Assembly (NCBI GenBank): GCA_965206595.1
Contig: OZ242214.1
Span: 3,264,001-3,328,000 of the forward strand
Origin: Candidatus Latescibacterota bacterium
GTDB taxonomy: Bacteria; Latescibacterota; UBA2968; UBA8231
Direction: 5' to 3'
Length of the DNA: 64,000 nucleotides
Part shown: in pieces, positions 60,219 to 64,000 of the stretch
Position numbering within the stretch: the stretch's first letter is position 1
How the letters are laid out: every line of letters starts with the position of its first letter
Notes under the pieces: model-generated
The model's input: only the letters and a program-made list of their open reading frames with translations
The model's database searches: none
What the model was told of the DNA's origin: nothing
Position numbers and translations under genes: made by a program

Positions 60219-60865
60219 CTACTCGGAAGGAAAGGGCAATGCAGCGGGTGCGGAACTCGCGAAGACCGAACGCGGCAGCTCGTCGAAGACAGCCACACCG
60301 GTGTGCCGACGCTCGCCGCGGCCGTCGGAAAGCAGAATGGATCCGTGGCGCTGCCAGTCGGTCCAGGGGCCGGTAAAGCGCGGTTCGGTGTCGGCCGCTT
60401 CGCTGTAGAACGCCCATTGGGTCACCAGCCGCGATTCTTGATCGATCCAGACCGCGTATTTGTTCTGCGGGGTGACCCCGACATCTTTGAACGTGAGCTC
60501 CAGAACTTCAGCTGGCCGGCCGTCCTGGGTGGCTTCCGGTCCGCGGTACGAGTCGTTTATCCAGGCGCGGTAGCCCTGCTCGAGCCGGGCCGTCACCGTG
60601 TCGGGATCGCTGATTTCCACACCGGCGGCGAAGGCGCGGCCCTTCCGGCTGTGGATGTTCATCAGCACCGTCAGGTCCCCCTGCTCGAAGCGGATGTCCC
60701 TGGTCCACTTGTCCCACACATGCAGGCGGAAACCGAAGAAGCGCCAAGTGATGTAGCGGGTGGCATCCCAGTTGGCGCGGCCTCCAAGCGCGGCCATGAC
60801 TTCGTCCGCCAGGGCGATGGCCTCGGGGTCGGAACCGGCAGCGTCGAATCCGGGGGCCGAAGGAT
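60219..60865 (-). pseudogene. 5'-truncated fragment of a secreted hypothetical protein
   Basis: PGFDAAGSDPEAIALADEVMAALGG..W..WINDSY..VGVTPQNKY, with no signal peptide; joined to the NRPS-like fragment. Confidence 0.6.
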
Positions 60866-61213
60866 CGCGGGTGAGTACGGTTCGAGGGGGACGTAGGGGA
60901 GCCCCGCCTGAAGACAGGCGAAGTAGGTGACGACCTTCTCGGCGTTGTTCTCCAGCAGAACGCCCACACCCTGCTACAGGGGTCGGCCCCGGGAGCGCTG
61001 CTGCAGGGCGGTCGCGCGTGCCTCGACCGCGGCAGTCAATTCACCGCAGGTCAGGTAGCCGTTCTCGTCGACGAGGATGGCCCTGTCCGGGGTCCGGGCG
61101 GCCTGCCGCGCGAAGGCGGCGTCGATGCACTCAGTGGCGGGGCTCCCCTTGGGGCGCGACCGACGAATGCGCTGGTACCAGGGGAGAGCCGTGCTTGAGA
61201 GGTTTGGTGGCAT
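60866..61213 (-). pseudogene. Diverged second copy of the 5' end of the A-T-R NRPS-like gene
   Basis: MPPNLSSTALPWYQRIR.. matches MPPYLSSTALPWYQRIR at 44824. It has an in-frame TAG at 60974-60976, and homology ends at ~60866. Confidence 0.9.
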
Positions 61214-61477
61214 ATTAGGAGGGCCGGGTTCAATCGAGTAGGGAACGATGTGTGGGAGGCTTGGGTATCCTGCTGTTGCCCGCGAAAGCCATTGACACTA
61301 ATGTCAGGAAGGGACCCTAACCAAGACCAAGGGAGATGCAACAAAGGACATCTACTCCTACGCCAGTGTCGTCTTCCCTGGGTGATTCACCATCCCCATT
61401 TTAGGCAGTCAAATATGTCGCCTTGGCATTCAGCCAGCGCCGGAACCGCAGCTCTCCCTGCGGACAAGAAGAGCGTC

Positions 61478-62455
61478 ATGACATCCTCAAAGCACCTCAT
61501 AGCACTGCTTCGGTCCCATATTGATGGCGACAATGAGCAGTTCCTGTCCGTGGCTATGCAAGTCGCGGCGCACGAGGCGCGTCAAGGCCATGGTAACCTA
61601 GCAAAGCAACTCAGGGACCTCGTCGACGAAGCCCGTTCACAAAAGGCTAATCGGGTGATCAGACCGGTGCCCCTTGCTCAGCCCAAGGGTGATCTGGCTA
61701 CGCTGATATCAGCCAGTTACTCCGATATTCGTCTTGCCAGTATGGTGCTGCCAGGGCCACTTAAGGGGCGACTCAAACGCATTGTCACGGAGCAACGTCT
61801 GAATCACCGATTAATCGAGCATGGTCTTCGTCCGAGGAGAAAGATCCTCCTCATCGGTCCACCTGGCTCCGGAAAAACGATGACAGCTAGCGCTCTGGCA
61901 GGTGAACTTACTCTGCCTCTTTTCACAGTGGTCTTCGACTCTTTGATAACGAGGTTCATGGGTGAAACAGCTTCCAAGCTGCGGCTGGTATTTGATGCCA
62001 TGCTTCAGACGCGGGGGGTTTACTTGTTCGACGAGTTTGACGCAATTGGGGCCCGTCGAGCGGAACGTAATGACGTCGGGGAAATTCGACGTGTGCTGAA
62101 CTCATTCCTTCAATTCTTGGAGAAAGAGGAAAGCGAAAGCTTGATCATTGCTGCAACAAATCACCCTAAGCTTCTCGATCCTGCCCTCTTCCGTCGCTTT
62201 GATGATGTAATCCATTTCGATTTGCCCGCTCCTTCCATTGCCGAAGGGATCTTAAAGGCACGTCTTTCTGCATTTGATACTACAGGTATGCCCTGGAAGG
62301 ATGTGGTACAGGCCACTTCCGGTCTGAGCCAAGCGGAAGTTTCAAGGGCCGCGGACGACGCGGCGAAGCGAGCGATCCTCGATGACCGTACTAGCGTTTT
62401 TCTTGACGACCTATTGAGTGCGGTAACGGAATGCAAGGGCTCGGCTGGAAGTTAG
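61478..62455 (+). CDS. AAA ATPase, IetA-like
   Basis: LRSH..GD.EQF..VAMQVAAHEARQGH, GPPGSGKT, FDEFDAIG..R..NDVGEIRRVLNSFL and ATNH..LD.AL.RRFD motifs. Confidence 0.88.
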   Translation: MTSSKHLIALLRSHIDGDNEQFLSVAMQVAAHEARQGHGNLAKQLRDLVDEARSQKANRVIRPVPLAQPKGDLATLISASYSDIRLASMVLPGPLKGRLKRIVTEQRLNHRLIEHGLRPRRKILLIGPPGSGKTMTASALAGELTLPLFTVVFDSLITRFMGETASKLRLVFDAMLQTRGVYLFDEFDAIGARRAERNDVGEIRRVLNSFLQFLEKEESESLIIAATNHPKLLDPALFRRFDDVIHFDLPAPSIAEGILKARLSAFDTTGMPWKDVVQATSGLSQAEVSRAADDAAKRAILDDRTSVFLDDLLSAVTECKGSAGS

Positions 62456-62467
62456 AAGGCACGACAG

Positions 62468-64000
62468 ATGCCCCAAGAAGAACAACGCCACCTACCACAC
62501 ATATACTTGCCCGGCCACGGTAACAGGGAGGATTTCAGGTCACCACGTAGCGGTGGAGGATCCGGAGCAATCCCTGAACGAAACCGCCAACAGCACGCCC
62601 AGCGGTTGGAAGAAATGCTCACCGCAGCGGTCGCAGCTGCTGAAGATCGGATTATCAATCGTGATCCCACAATCAGGGGTGGTACACCTGGCTTCTATCT
62701 TGAGTTTGAACTTCCCCAGACCCAACAGGCCGTGTTGGACAAGCTAGAGAACAAGCAAGGGAAACAGCACATTGAGCTTGTGGCTGCTCGGCCATCGACC
62801 GAGGGATCGGACCTCCTTAAGGCAGCTGTATTCGTCCCGGAGTCCCGACGCGAGCATTATCTCCGCAAGGTTCGAGCGTACGCCAATGAAGACAGTGTCC
62901 GGTACAAAAAGGATGAGGAAGGAAACTATCTGCTAGACGAAAAGGGAAATCGTCTCGAAAAATCCCGTCGTCCCAAGAACCAATTTCCCAAGGTGGGCAA
63001 AGAGGTTTGGTGGGAAGTGTGGCTACGGCCCGAACGTCGTACAATTCTTGACCATGCCGCAGATCAACTCCAAGTAACCGTTAGAGAGCATACAGTCTCC
63101 TTCGTTGAACGTGAAGTAGTTCTTGCGCGAGCCTCGCCAGAGACTATTGGCCGCATTGTCGCGAACACCGATGCAATAGCGGAGCTACGTCTCGCGCGTG
63201 ACACCCCGTCCTTCTTTATTGAGATGGAGGGAGCGCACCAGATAGCGTGGGCGCAAGAATTAGCTGAACGTATTGTACCGCCGAAAGGAAATGCTCCGGC
63301 GGTGTGCCTTCTTGATAGTGGCAGCACTCGTCGTCACCCATTGATTATTCCCGCTCTAACGGAAAGGGATCTGCAGGCTTGGCACGTCGATTTGCACGGG
63401 GAGGACGTCAGCGCTCAATGGAATGGACACGGCACACAAATGAGTGGGGTGGTACTCTATGGCGATCTAGTTGACCCTAATAGGAAACGGCACTGTTGAG
63501 CTCAGTCACAGGCTTGAGTCCATTAAAATTCTGCCCGATTTCGGTGCAAACGACCCCTCTCTTTATGGCTACATCACAGCTGCCGCTATGGGACGAGCAG
63601 AGGTTCAGGCGCCTCAGAGACCCCGTGCCTACTGCTTAGCTGTGACTAGTGAAGATGATCATTGGCGTGGTCGCCCCTCTTCGTGGTCCGCAAAGCTTGA
63701 TGATCTCGCTTATGGAGATGGCACGGATCAGCGCCTAATTATTGTCTCTGCGGGCAATATCAAGATGTTCTATCCCGCTACTGAATATCTCCAGCAGAAT
63801 GATACCGCTGCTATCGAGAACCCCGCACAGACCTGGAATGCACTTACCGTCGGAGCAATTACCGAAAAGTGCACCATTACCCACCCCGACTTCACCGGAT
63901 GGCAGGTGATGGCTCCTGCGGGAGACCTTTCTCCTTCAAGCCGGACATCGGTTAGTTGGGAAAATGATTGGCCAATCAAACCAGACGTGGTATTTGAAGG
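62468..64000 (+). CDS. S8 subtilase, IetS-like (partial; frameshift near 63480)
   Basis: WWEVWLR, VCLLDSG and GHGTQMSG. After the frame change come HRLESIKILP, GRPSSWSA, VSAGN, NALTVGA and WPIKPDVVFEG, running off the window. Confidence 0.85.

Noticed and set aside
60974-60976. In-frame TAG as pyrrolysine or read-through
   Set aside because: It corresponds to CAG in the intact copy, and the fragment is truncated ~110 bp later, so it is a simple nonsense mutation.

Overview
A high-GC bacterial window. Its secreted proteins (C-terminal S/TWGxxK tails, a paired EF-hand/dockerin-like motif followed by a FlgD-Ig/T9SS-type tail, and FN3, cadherin, LRR and WD40 repeats), together with PhyH genes and many RM/TA loci, suggest a Latescibacterota/Gemmatimonadota-like, probably sponge-associated organism; this is inference. 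Layout: (1) 1-14.5 kb, a cluster of secreted repeat proteins and metalloproteases, including a ~2015-aa M6 protease-FN3-cadherin gene cleanly split by an IS701-like element (15-bp IRs, GTATAA target duplication). (2) 14.6-16.9 kb, ribokinase and an enolase-superfamily gene. (3) 17.1-27.9 kb, a tightly coupled type I RM operon. It embeds two homologous 'shared N-terminal module + swappable antitoxin-like tail' genes, each followed by a different toxin-like gene (ART-like or PIN), plus an Abi-C protein, a relic hsdM tail, and an HsdR fused to a LexA/S24 peptidase domain that keeps its catalytic residues. (4) 28-44.8 kb, metabolic and repair genes, a lower-GC MrfA/YprA-like helicase and a stand-alone A-T-R NRPS-like reductase. 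(5) 45-56.8 kb, a type III RM locus with an embedded OLD-like ATPase, an RloC-like ATPase, MNT-HEPN and HigBA. (6) 57-64 kb, arsM, a decayed efflux operon, a degenerate second copy of the NRPS-like 5' end and an IetAS-like AAA ATPase/S8 peptidase pair. Many non-RM genes carry frameshifts or internal deletions, from decay and/or assembly error. I recognised no rRNA, tRNA, CRISPR array or integrase. All family calls come from motif recognition by eye, not from database searches.
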